Origin: a bacterium
GTDB taxonomy: Bacteria > Zhuqueibacterota > Zhuqueibacteria > Residuimicrobiales > Krinioviventaceae
Reading direction: 5' to 3'
Assembly (NCBI GenBank): GCA_963693055.1
Contig: OY843751.1
Span: 768,001 to 832,000 of the forward strand
DNA length: 64,000 nt
The position numbers were made by a program, and so were the translations under genes. Positions 37,364 to 46,389 of the stretch are shown in pieces (positions within the stretch are counted from its first letter, which is position 1; the number at the start of each line of letters is the position of its first letter). The notes below the pieces were generated by a model, which worked only from the letters and a program-made list of their open reading frames with translations, was not told where the DNA came from and made no database searches.

Positions 37364-38470
37364 TTAGCTGTTGAGTTTTTCCAGGTATTGACGGGGAGAC
37401 ATGCCCGTAGACTCTTTGAACAGTCTGAAAAATGAAGAGCGAGAGTTGAATCCTGCCGCGCTGCTGACAGAGTCTATGGTCATTTCGTTAGGCAGGGATT
37501 GCAGCAGTTCCTTACTTTTTTCAACCCGATAATAATTTATGTAGGAGTGGAAATTGTCGTATCCCGACTTTTTAACGAGTAGAGTCAACCGGTATTTGGG
37601 TATACCGGAATACGCGGACAACTGGCTGATTGTGAGTTTAGGGTCAAGAAAAAGCTCTCGCGATTTCATAAATGCATCCAGGAATTGGATATCGTTACCT
37701 GATTTTGTTGGGGTTTCCGGATTTGTGTGCAATTCTATTTCCGATAGACCTTTGTGAAGAAACGCATGCAGGAATAAAAACAATGAAATAGCAAACATGA
37801 AAAATGAAGATGCTATAAAAACCACTCTGTTGTGTTGAGCTCCAAAAAGAGACAAGGCCTCAATAATACAGCTTGTAGCAATGATTACAATCACATATCG
37901 CATCCATACCAGGTGAGGAGATGTAGAAAAGGTAATCCTGTTAATGTGGAGCTTGAATTTTCTGTACAATAAAACGCTTTGATAGGCATAAACAATGGCT
38001 TGAATAAATGAAATGATGCGTGCGTTTACAAATAAATTCGAGTACCGGTTATAGGGGACCCATCCTGATTTTAGCAGATTGTCAAAAAAGGAATGGTTGG
38101 CTGAGGGATTTTGGTTTGGAAAAGCCGGGGTAATGAATACCGAAATGATAAGCAAAATAACCGGAATTGTAAAATGTAACCAATCCCGCGGCTGCATGTT
38201 TTTGTCCTTTTTTCCCAATTTGTAAAAATAGATCCATATCAGGGGAATGAAAATTACTTTGAATGTACCGGTGATATATAGTAACCACGAAAGATCAGTA
38301 TTAAAAGCAACCATTACCGGGACTGACAGGTAGACTGCCCGCAGTAATATATTGCTGCTGACATATTCAATTCCCTTTTGCGGATAAAATTGGCTGATCA
38401 AAAGCAGAGCAATCCCCAATGTAAAATGGATGATTGCGAGTGTAGAGAATACTATCGGTTGTATAGGCAT
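37364..38470 (-). CDS. Membrane-anchored AraC-family regulator
   Basis: Multi-TM N-terminus; FLDPKLTISQLS, NFHSYINYYRV, GFNSRSSFFRLFKESTGMSP. Confidence 0.9.
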   Translation of the reverse strand: MPIQPIVFSTLAIIHFTLGIALLLISQFYPQKGIEYVSSNILLRAVYLSVPVMVAFNTDLSWLLYITGTFKVIFIPLIWIYFYKLGKKDKNMQPRDWLHFTIPVILLIISVFITPAFPNQNPSANHSFFDNLLKSGWVPYNRYSNLFVNARIISFIQAIVYAYQSVLLYRKFKLHINRITFSTSPHLVWMRYVIVIIATSCIIEALSLFGAQHNRVVFIASSFFMFAISLFLFLHAFLHKGLSEIELHTNPETPTKSGNDIQFLDAFMKSRELFLDPKLTISQLSAYSGIPKYRLTLLVKKSGYDNFHSYINYYRVEKSKELLQSLPNEMTIDSVSSAAGFNSRSSFFRLFKESTGMSPRQYLEKLNS

Positions 38471-38554
38471 TGGTAATTTTCAAATATAGAACAATTTACT
38501 AGCGTAATGTAATAACATTGTGGCAATAATTCAAGTATTTCCGAAAAGGTATAA

Positions 38555-38710
38555 TGGGACATTTTTATCCCCAAAGAAGCTATTTGTCCCACTTTTACAA
38601 ACAGGTAGAATAACTTGATAATGACGGCATTTATTATACTGAATTTTCATGTTGTTGGGACTGGATTTTAGGGTGTTGGGACTTGAAAATCCTCTTAAAT
38701 ACAGTATTAT
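38555..38710 (+). promoter_or_regulatory. Candidate AraC-type operator and promoter
   Basis: TGTTGGGACT at 38653 and 38674 (21-bp period) abutting TTGAAA-N16-TATTAT; inverted pair TGGGACA/TGTCCCA at 38555 and 38585. Confidence 0.6.
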
Positions 38711-38792
38711 TTTTTAATATGGCAATATTATTGACTAATATGTGCTAAACATGTATTCATAATGATATTGTACTAATTGACAGGAGATTCTT

Positions 38793-40829
38793 ATGCTGCT
38801 TGATAATTACGATTATTGCCTGAAAAAGGTGTTAAATGTTATTGTTGTGATATTTTATTTATTTCTGGGGACAGGTGTGTTTGCGCAAGAACTCACCATT
38901 GTGCAGAACTCGGGCAGTTTCAACTCTGGCCTGTGGCAGGTGACAAATAATGCCTCTGTCTCTTCTCAAATTGATTTAACACCAGCGGCCAGAACGCAAA
39001 AAGGAACGGCCTATTACAAACAGCGGGTTTACCTTGATAATGACCGCTCTTTTTCCGCATTTTTCCAGTTTGCATTGACAAATTCCAGTTCTTATTCGCC
39101 CCGCACACCGGGAGCAGATGGATTTTGTTTTGTGCTGCAAACCACGTCAAACACCGCTGGTAGTAGCGGACAAGGAATGGGATATGGCGGTGTTTCGCCT
39201 TCGGTGGCTGTCGAGTTTGATACCTATCAAAATACCTATCCTTCAGATCCTGATGAGGGAAACGTTGACGGCAAAACAGCTGATGGTGGGTACTATGGCC
39301 TGGGTTACAATCATGCCTCTATATTGCAAGGTGGATCTGTTACTAATCACCTGGATTATGAATATATTGATTTGAATAATGACGGAACGGTTGATTCCGA
39401 TAATCCTTTTCAGACCGGTATCTGGTCTGTATGGGTAGATTACAACGGTGTTAGCAATTTATTAGAGGTGCGTTATGTACAAAATTCCACAAGCCGGCCT
39501 GCTTCCGCAAACCTTTCTTATACAATTGATTTGTCTGGCGTTTTTTCGGAACGGGATGTGTTTGTAGGATTTTCTGCTGCTACAGGAAACGCCTGGTCAA
39601 AACACTCGATTACCAAATTCTTATTTGAAAATTCATATGCATCCTCCGGTTTGAGCAGCAGCAGTAGTTATAGTGCCGCTACACCTCCTGCTGCCCCGGA
39701 TGATCAGGAACTCTTTGTAACTTCTGGTGGCACTGTTAGCATTACCGCAGTAAGCAGCAGCGCGGGTGTAGATGAGTACCTTTGGTTTGACAGCAGTACC
39801 AGCGAGAACCCCATTGCTACCGGATCAGTGTATTCTACACCTGCATTGTCAGAAAATACAATATATTATGTAACAGCAGTGAATAACAGTACGGGCTTAC
39901 AAAGTACGTCTCGTGCGATAATTGATATAACTGTAAGCTCCAATCCAACGCCTAATGCGGCGCTGGACCCTTTCCCCGCAACCCATGCGACCGGGACAGA
40001 TCCCAACTCTACTCTGTCCTGGTCTGCTCCTACTGCCGGTGAAACGCCAACCGGGTACAAGTTATATTTGGGAACGGATGATCCTCCAACTAATTTGATA
40101 AATGGAATGGATTTGGGAAATGTAACTGAATATTCTTCTGCTACCTTGGGCGCATCTACATTGTATTATTGGCAAATTGTCCCCTATAATGATAATGGAG
40201 ATTGTACTACTGCACCGGTTTGGGATTTTACCACCAGTGATGCTTCGTTGCCTGTTGAGCTGTCCTTGTTTCAGGCAACAAGAAAGGGAAATACCGTAGA
40301 ACTTGTTTGGACCACCGAAAGTGAAATAGACAATGCAGGTTTTGAGTTGTGGCGCTCTGTTGATCAGGAACAATGGCAGCAGATTGCTTCATATAAAACA
40401 CATTGTGATCTTTTAGGCCAGGGATTCAGTTCGGTCAGCCAGCATTATAGCTTTGTGGATATGCAAGTGCCTGAAGGCGATGTGCGTTACAGACTGTTGG
40501 ATGTTGGTATTGACGGCAGCAAAGGGGAATGGCTCGAAACACAGGTCAGTCAGAGTGCTTTGCCAAAGCAATCTGTATTGTATAAAGCGTACCCCAACCC
40601 GTTTAATCCGCAAACAACGATTCGTTATGAACTTGCGGAAAAAACGAATGTTCAAATCCGGATTTTTAATGTAACCGGACAATGTGTTGCGTCTCTGGTT
40701 GATCAACAGTTGGATGCAGGGGCATATAGTATGGTATGGTCACCTCAAAATATGCCAAGCGGACTTTATTTTGTACACATGCAAACACAAGACTATCAAA
40801 CAACCAATCGGGTTTTATTTTTAAAATAA
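38793..40829 (+). CDS. Secreted legume-lectin (L-type) domain protein with Ig/FN3-like domains and T9SS-type C-terminal domain
   Basis: GADGFCFVLQ, VAVEFDTYQN, VFVGFSAATG; LPVELSLF; YPNPFNPQTTIRY...SGLYFV. Confidence 0.88.
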   Translation: MLLDNYDYCLKKVLNVIVVIFYLFLGTGVFAQELTIVQNSGSFNSGLWQVTNNASVSSQIDLTPAARTQKGTAYYKQRVYLDNDRSFSAFFQFALTNSSSYSPRTPGADGFCFVLQTTSNTAGSSGQGMGYGGVSPSVAVEFDTYQNTYPSDPDEGNVDGKTADGGYYGLGYNHASILQGGSVTNHLDYEYIDLNNDGTVDSDNPFQTGIWSVWVDYNGVSNLLEVRYVQNSTSRPASANLSYTIDLSGVFSERDVFVGFSAATGNAWSKHSITKFLFENSYASSGLSSSSSYSAATPPAAPDDQELFVTSGGTVSITAVSSSAGVDEYLWFDSSTSENPIATGSVYSTPALSENTIYYVTAVNNSTGLQSTSRAIIDITVSSNPTPNAALDPFPATHATGTDPNSTLSWSAPTAGETPTGYKLYLGTDDPPTNLINGMDLGNVTEYSSATLGASTLYYWQIVPYNDNGDCTTAPVWDFTTSDASLPVELSLFQATRKGNTVELVWTTESEIDNAGFELWRSVDQEQWQQIASYKTHCDLLGQGFSSVSQHYSFVDMQVPEGDVRYRLLDVGIDGSKGEWLETQVSQSALPKQSVLYKAYPNPFNPQTTIRYELAEKTNVQIRIFNVTGQCVASLVDQQLDAGAYSMVWSPQNMPSGLYFVHMQTQDYQTTNRVLFLK

Positions 40830-40860
40830 TAAATGTTTTTCTACCGGGATGGTGTAATCC

Positions 40861-40896
40861 AAAAAGGGAAATTCGATTGTTCGGATTTCCCTTTTT
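40861..40896 (+). terminator. Intrinsic terminator
   Basis: AAAAAGGGAAATTCGA/TCGGATTTCCCTTTTT. Confidence 0.85.
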
Positions 40897-41030
40897 GCTT
40901 TTTTAGCCACAGCTTATTACAGGCAGGTGCAATTAAATATATATCGTAAAAGTCCTGCTTTTTCATCACCTTGTCCTTGCGTCTTTAGTCCGAAATTTTT
41001 ATTTTTAAAAATATAAAAAAGGGAGAATAT

Positions 41031-41909
41031 ATGGAACGTATAGGATTTGTAGGCTTGGGCATTATGGGACTGCCCATGTGCAAGAACCTGCTCAAAGCCG
41101 GATACACCGTAACCGCATGGAATCGTACCGCATCCAAAATAGACGAGGCAGTAGCTGCGGGTGCCGTGGCTGGAGAATCGCCGACAGATGTTGCTGCAAA
41201 ATCAGATGTTATCATTACCATTGTTTCAGACACCCCGGATGTAGAGGCTGTTATTTTGGGCGAAAACGGGGTAATCAATGGAGCCAAACCGGGCAATGTG
41301 GTGATTGATATGAGCACCATATCACCGGCCGCCACTAGAGAAATGGCCCAGGCACTGAAAGATAAAAGCATTGATATGCTTGACGCTCCGGTAAGTGGTG
41401 GTGATACAGGCGCAATTGCCGGCACCTTGGCAATTATGGTCGGTGGAGATAAATCGGTTGTAGAACGCTGTATGCCGGTTTTTGAAGCTATGGGCAAGAG
41501 TATAACCCATGTTGGCATTAATGGTATGGGCCAGACCGTCAAGCTGTGCAATCAGATCTTGGTATCTGTAACTAATATGGCAGTATGCGAAGCGGTTACC
41601 TTTGCAAAACGGGCCGGACTCGATCCGCAGGTCATGATTGAAGCCGTCAAAAACGGTGCTGCGGGTTCATGGCAGCTCTCTAATCTGGGTCCTAAAATGG
41701 CTGATCGCGATTTTGCTCCGGGATTTATGATTGATTTGCAGCAAAAAGATCTGAGGCTGGCGCTGGAAGCAGCAAGAGATTCTCAAACCGCATTACCCGG
41801 ATTGGGATTGGTATACCAGTTATTTACCGGCTGCCAGGCAAACGGTCAGGGTAGTGAAGGTACCCAGGGTTTGATAAAAGCTATTGAAAGACTGGCTGGC
41901 GAAATGTAA
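41031..41909 (+). CDS. NAD(P)-dependent beta-hydroxyacid dehydrogenase (GarR/MmsB family)
   Basis: GFVGLGIMGLPM, DAPVSGG, GQTVKLCNQ, KDL. Confidence 0.92.
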   Translation: MERIGFVGLGIMGLPMCKNLLKAGYTVTAWNRTASKIDEAVAAGAVAGESPTDVAAKSDVIITIVSDTPDVEAVILGENGVINGAKPGNVVIDMSTISPAATREMAQALKDKSIDMLDAPVSGGDTGAIAGTLAIMVGGDKSVVERCMPVFEAMGKSITHVGINGMGQTVKLCNQILVSVTNMAVCEAVTFAKRAGLDPQVMIEAVKNGAAGSWQLSNLGPKMADRDFAPGFMIDLQQKDLRLALEAARDSQTALPGLGLVYQLFTGCQANGQGSEGTQGLIKAIERLAGEM

Positions 41910-41941
41910 TTGTACATTCATGAGGGAAAGGCTTTTTTATT

Positions 41942-43075
41942 GTGCGTATTCACAAACTCGTAATCATGATTTTATTGTCGGCTTTTGTTTGGGTGTTTGG
42001 TGCAGAGCTCGAATTTCAGTTGACGGGGCGGGTCATTAACAGCGAAACACACGAAGCGGTTTTTTTTGTACAGGTGTTTCTTGCCAATACAACAATAGGT
42101 ACAACGACAGACAAAGATGGACGTTTTGAAATAAAGCGGGAGCATTTTTCTCCCGGTACATATCAACTGATTGTCCATCATGTGGCGTTTGAAATGCAGA
42201 CCATCGAGCTTGCGGTTTTCCAGAACACAAAGCAGGAAATGAATGTTGAGCTGGCCCCAAAAGTGTGGGAGGGTGAGCAAGTTGAAGTAACCGCTTCTGA
42301 TCCCCGCGAGTGGAAAAATCGTCTTGAACGTTTTCTGGATATTTTTATTGGCCAATCTGATAACGTGAAATATACAACATTGACGAATCCTGAAGTGTTG
42401 AATTTCTATATTGACTCTGAAACGAAAGAGATGGTCGCGCATACAGACAGTGTATTACATGTAGAAAATCTTGCATTGGGCTATGATCTTGAGATTGTAT
42501 TGCATGATTTTCGCTGTTCTGATTTTTCGCGAGAGTATCTTTTTTATCCGCGATTTATTGAAAAAGAACCTGCAAATGAAAAACAGAAAAAGAAATGGGT
42601 GGAAAATCGGGAAAAAGCCTGGTATGGATCGTACCGTCACTTTATGAGAACACTGGTTTTGACTGCCAGTTCTAAAGGTAAAAAACAGGCCAAACGGTTG
42701 GTGAAAAAATGGGAAATGCCTACCGAGTCTACATTCAATATTTTCGATCTTTATCAAAAAGATAAAAAGTTTATTGTGTACCCCGGTTTTATAGATGCCA
42801 GCAAAGATTTTCGACATACATATACCAACGCACCCGCCCCATTTGAAATAAACGAGTTAGAGAGCCAGTATTCGCTGGGTTTTAATGGTTGGTTGCAGGT
42901 ATTTTATAATTATGAGCGACTACCGGAAGCCAGTTATATACGTTTACTAGATGGGCTTAGTTTTACCCTGCTCGATACGCTGGGCAATGAAACCAGTCGT
43001 GCCAGTGTCATGAAAGGGGGACGTTGGCTTCGTGAGGGGATGGCAGAGCTTTTACCCAGAGATTACCTACCATGA
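41942..43075 (+). CDS. Exported carboxypeptidase-regulatory-like domain protein
   Basis: Signal peptide, GRVIN...VFLANTTIGTTTDKDGRF. Confidence 0.75.
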   Translation: MRIHKLVIMILLSAFVWVFGAELEFQLTGRVINSETHEAVFFVQVFLANTTIGTTTDKDGRFEIKREHFSPGTYQLIVHHVAFEMQTIELAVFQNTKQEMNVELAPKVWEGEQVEVTASDPREWKNRLERFLDIFIGQSDNVKYTTLTNPEVLNFYIDSETKEMVAHTDSVLHVENLALGYDLEIVLHDFRCSDFSREYLFYPRFIEKEPANEKQKKKWVENREKAWYGSYRHFMRTLVLTASSKGKKQAKRLVKKWEMPTESTFNIFDLYQKDKKFIVYPGFIDASKDFRHTYTNAPAPFEINELESQYSLGFNGWLQVFYNYERLPEASYIRLLDGLSFTLLDTLGNETSRASVMKGGRWLREGMAELLPRDYLP

Positions 43076-43197
43076 TTGTAAGAAAAACGAAAAAATGTGT
43101 TAAAATTTGAACCGGTTCAGGAAAATACTTGACATTGTTGTCTGAAAAGTATAAACTATGATAATTAGTAATTGGGTAATTAAATAAAGGGTTAATT

Positions 43198-44526
43198 GTG
43201 GAAAAAACAAATCAAACCAGAAGAGAGTTTGTAAAAACTGCAGCAACCGGGGCTGCCGCTGCTGCCATGTTTTCAACCGTGCCTTCCAAGGTATTGGGCG
43301 CCAACGATAAACTGCGTGTTGCTGTTATGGGAACCCGCAGTCGTGGTCGTGCATTGTATACTGAATTTGCAAAATCTCCTCATACCGAGGTTGCATATGT
43401 ATGTGATGTAGATTCACGCGTTATTGAAAAATCTGTCAAAGATTTGGATGAAATGCAGGGCAAAAAACCAAAAGGTGTTGAAGATTTTCGTGAAGCATTG
43501 GACGATAAAGATGTAGATATTCTTGCCATTGCCGCGCCAGACCATTGGCATGCTCCTGCTGCTTTGTTGGGTATGAAGGCGGGAAAACATATTTATGTAG
43601 AAAAACCATGTGGTCATAATCCTCATGAAGGCGAATTGCTGGTTGCCGCGCAGAAAAAATACAACAAGGTTGTACAAATGGGTAATCAACAACGTTCATC
43701 CATCCAAACCATCCAGGCTCTGAAAGAGCTAAAAGAAGGAATTATCGGTCGTCCCTATTATGCCAAAGCATGGTACACAAGCAACCGTGGTCCTATTGGC
43801 AATGGCAAAATTGCTCCTGTTCCGGAATGGTTAAACTGGGAATTGTGGCAGGGACCCGCGCCACGTGTTCCGTATCGCGATAATGTTGTGCATTACAACT
43901 GGCATTGGTTCTGGCGTTGGGGTACTGGTGAGGCCTTGAATAATGGAACCCATGAAGTTGATGTTGCGCGTTGGGCGTTGGGTGTAGATTTTCCACTGAA
44001 AACCACCTCTTCTGGTGGACGTTTTCATTATGATGATGATTGGGAATTTTATGATACTCAGAACATCATGTACGAATTTGAAGGCGGCAAAGCCATCAAC
44101 TGGGAAGGCAGAAGCTGTAACGGTTTTAAATTTTTTGACCGTGGACGCGGTACCATTATCACTGCAACCGAAGGTACCCTGATTGTAGATCGTAATGGTC
44201 ACGAGTTTTATGACAAGAAACACAAACTTATCAAAGAATACAAAGATAGTGCTGAAAATAATACCATGGGCACCACCGGTCTGGGTGATCCCTTGAATGA
44301 ATTGCATGTTGGCAATTTTATTGATGCAATTAAAACCGGTGCAAAACAGAATTCACACATTGAAGAAGGTTTCAAGAGTGTTCTGCTTTGTCAGCTCGGT
44401 AATATTTCTCAAGAAATGGGACGTACCTTGTATACGGATCCACGGAATGGCCGCATTGTTGGTGATCCCGAAGCCATGACCATGTGGTCACGCGATTACG
44501 AACCCGGTTGGGAAATGCGCATCTGA
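43198..44526 (+). CDS. Tat-exported Gfo/Idh/MocA oxidoreductase
   Basis: TRREFVK twin-arginine signal, PDHWH, YVEKP, QMGNQQRS. Confidence 0.93.
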   Translation: MEKTNQTRREFVKTAATGAAAAAMFSTVPSKVLGANDKLRVAVMGTRSRGRALYTEFAKSPHTEVAYVCDVDSRVIEKSVKDLDEMQGKKPKGVEDFREALDDKDVDILAIAAPDHWHAPAALLGMKAGKHIYVEKPCGHNPHEGELLVAAQKKYNKVVQMGNQQRSSIQTIQALKELKEGIIGRPYYAKAWYTSNRGPIGNGKIAPVPEWLNWELWQGPAPRVPYRDNVVHYNWHWFWRWGTGEALNNGTHEVDVARWALGVDFPLKTTSSGGRFHYDDDWEFYDTQNIMYEFEGGKAINWEGRSCNGFKFFDRGRGTIITATEGTLIVDRNGHEFYDKKHKLIKEYKDSAENNTMGTTGLGDPLNELHVGNFIDAIKTGAKQNSHIEEGFKSVLLCQLGNISQEMGRTLYTDPRNGRIVGDPEAMTMWSRDYEPGWEMRI

Positions 44527-44557
44527 TAGATCATAACAGATATTCAAGATTATTTTG

Positions 44558-44590
44558 GCCCCGGTGTGTTCACATATCGGGGCTTATTTG
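44558..44590 (+). terminator. Intrinsic terminator
   Basis: GCCCCGGTGTG/CATATCGGGGC stem then TTATTTG. Confidence 0.7.
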
Positions 44591-44764
44591 TTAGTACGTT
44601 TTCAGTTGTCAGTGTTCAGTTTTCAGAAAATACGCTTTAGCTATTTTGGTAATAATTAACACAAAGAGAATCAATTGCGAAAAAAGGCATTTTCTGTTTT
44701 TATTTTGAGAAAATTTTTGTTAAACTCTATTTATTGAACTGGAATCTGATCAGTAAGGAGTAAC

Positions 44765-45052
44765 ATGGGGCTGTCATTTAAATCGGGAATTCTTTATCAA
44801 TTAAAACGGATCATCAGGCTGGTATTGGGTTTTATTTTTTTGATTTTGGGGATATTGGGATTGTTTTTACCCATTTTACAAGGGATTCTATTTCTCGTTA
44901 TTTCCGCGTTACTGCTTGCACCGGACGTACCTTTTATTCGTCGTCTTCTCAAAAAGCTACGAAGAAAATATCCCCGGGCTGTTCGTATAGCCGAATCCAT
45001 TAGCGGTACATTGGATAAAGAGGAAGATGACGAAGGCAATGCTGATAAATGA
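44765..45052 (+). CDS. Small membrane protein (PGPGW/DUF454-like)
   Basis: AAGGAG RBS; GILGLFLPILQGILF hairpin TM and basic tail. Confidence 0.7.
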   Translation: MGLSFKSGILYQLKRIIRLVLGFIFLILGILGLFLPILQGILFLVISALLLAPDVPFIRRLLKKLRRKYPRAVRIAESISGTLDKEEDDEGNADK

Positions 45053-45079
45053 ATTATTAAATTTATCAAGGGATCTGTT

Positions 45080-46084
45080 ATGAAAAAAATGTCAATACTA
45101 CTGTTTTTATTTTTGATTTCCTGTACTTTAACTGAAAAGTTCCCACGCCTCTCTGGCGAGTATCTGGGGCAAACACCACCCGGAAACACCGCGGAATTGT
45201 TTGCGCCGGGAATTGTATCTACGGGTATGTATACGCGTGATTTGAGCATGACACCGGACGGTAGTGAGATCTATTACAGTGTGATTCTGGGGCAATACAA
45301 ATACACCGCAATTATGGTAACCAAACAGGTGGATGGAATCTGGACAAAACCAGAAGTGACATCATTTTCAAATAATCCGAATTGGGTGGATATAGAGCAC
45401 AGTATCTCTGCTGATGGACAGCAATTCTTTTTCATGTCTAACCGGCCAGACAGCTCTGCCGGAGAGATAGAACCGGGTGATCCCGATATCTGGGTGATGG
45501 ACCGGCAGGGAGATGGTTGGAGCGATCCCCGAAATCTGGGTGCTCCTGTTAATAGTGAGGATGAAGAGTTTTTCCCGTCAGTTACTCAAGACGGTACTCT
45601 ATATTTTACCCGTCAGGGTAAAGGGAATCCTCTTGGCATTATTTATCGATCACGATTCATAGATGGCAAATATACAGAGCCCGAAGAATTACCCGAGCAG
45701 GTCAATTGCGGCCGAAATCGTTTCAACTCTTTTATTGCTAAAGATGAGAGTTATATCATAACCCCGGTAGCTGGCGCTGATGACAGTTACGGAGGCATTG
45801 ATTATTATATCACGTTTCGTAATGAAAATGATAACTGGAGCCAACCCTTGAATATGGGCCCCCAAGTCAATTCTGCGGACCGTAACGAATATTCGCCTTT
45901 TGTTTCTCCAGATGGTAAATATATGTTCTTTATGTCCGGAAGGGCCAATGCTTCTGCAGAGCCGGAAAAGCTGGATGCTGAGATTCTGCAATCAATTCAG
46001 AGCTCATCTGATAATGGGAATCCCAGTATATTTTGGATTTGTACAGATGTGATAGATTCTTTAAAAAATAAAGCAATTTTTTAA
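45080..46084 (+). CDS. Lipoprotein with PD40 (TolB-like) beta-propeller repeats
   Basis: Lipobox LISC; TPDGSEIYY, SADGQQFFF, SPDGKYMFF repeats. Confidence 0.85.
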   Translation: MKKMSILLFLFLISCTLTEKFPRLSGEYLGQTPPGNTAELFAPGIVSTGMYTRDLSMTPDGSEIYYSVILGQYKYTAIMVTKQVDGIWTKPEVTSFSNNPNWVDIEHSISADGQQFFFMSNRPDSSAGEIEPGDPDIWVMDRQGDGWSDPRNLGAPVNSEDEEFFPSVTQDGTLYFTRQGKGNPLGIIYRSRFIDGKYTEPEELPEQVNCGRNRFNSFIAKDESYIITPVAGADDSYGGIDYYITFRNENDNWSQPLNMGPQVNSADRNEYSPFVSPDGKYMFFMSGRANASAEPEKLDAEILQSIQSSSDNGNPSIFWICTDVIDSLKNKAIF

Positions 46085-46173
46085 TATTAGCGGATTGCCG
46101 CTTTACGGGGGATTTTCTTTTAATTATTAATTTATCGTTAAATTTTTGATGCGTACGTCAATATTTTATTTAT

Positions 46174-46189
46174 TGGCATTAACATTGCT
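46174..46189 (+). promoter_or_regulatory. Sigma54 (-24/-12) promoter
   Basis: TGGCATTAACATTGCT with exact GG-N10-GC spacing, about 200 nt upstream of the hydrogenase-MCP gene. Confidence 0.65.
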
Positions 46190-46389
46190 CAATTAGAAGT
46201 GATATTAAAAATTTTTTTTGGGTTAGGGCGCAAGTGATTGAAATACAGTGGCTTAAGTTGATCATTGCATTGTGTGGTGCTTTATATTAGTAACATTATT
46301 TCCCTTGTAGATATATATATTTCCACAAAACAACAACTGATTATAAGTAATATTTTTGATTATCATAATATACGTTATAAGGAAGTGAA

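Noticed and set aside
44599-44626. Four degenerate heptamers TTTTCAG/TTGTCAG/TGTTCAG/TTTTCAG
   Set aside because: Very short, single occurrence, no associated gene; function cannot be supported.
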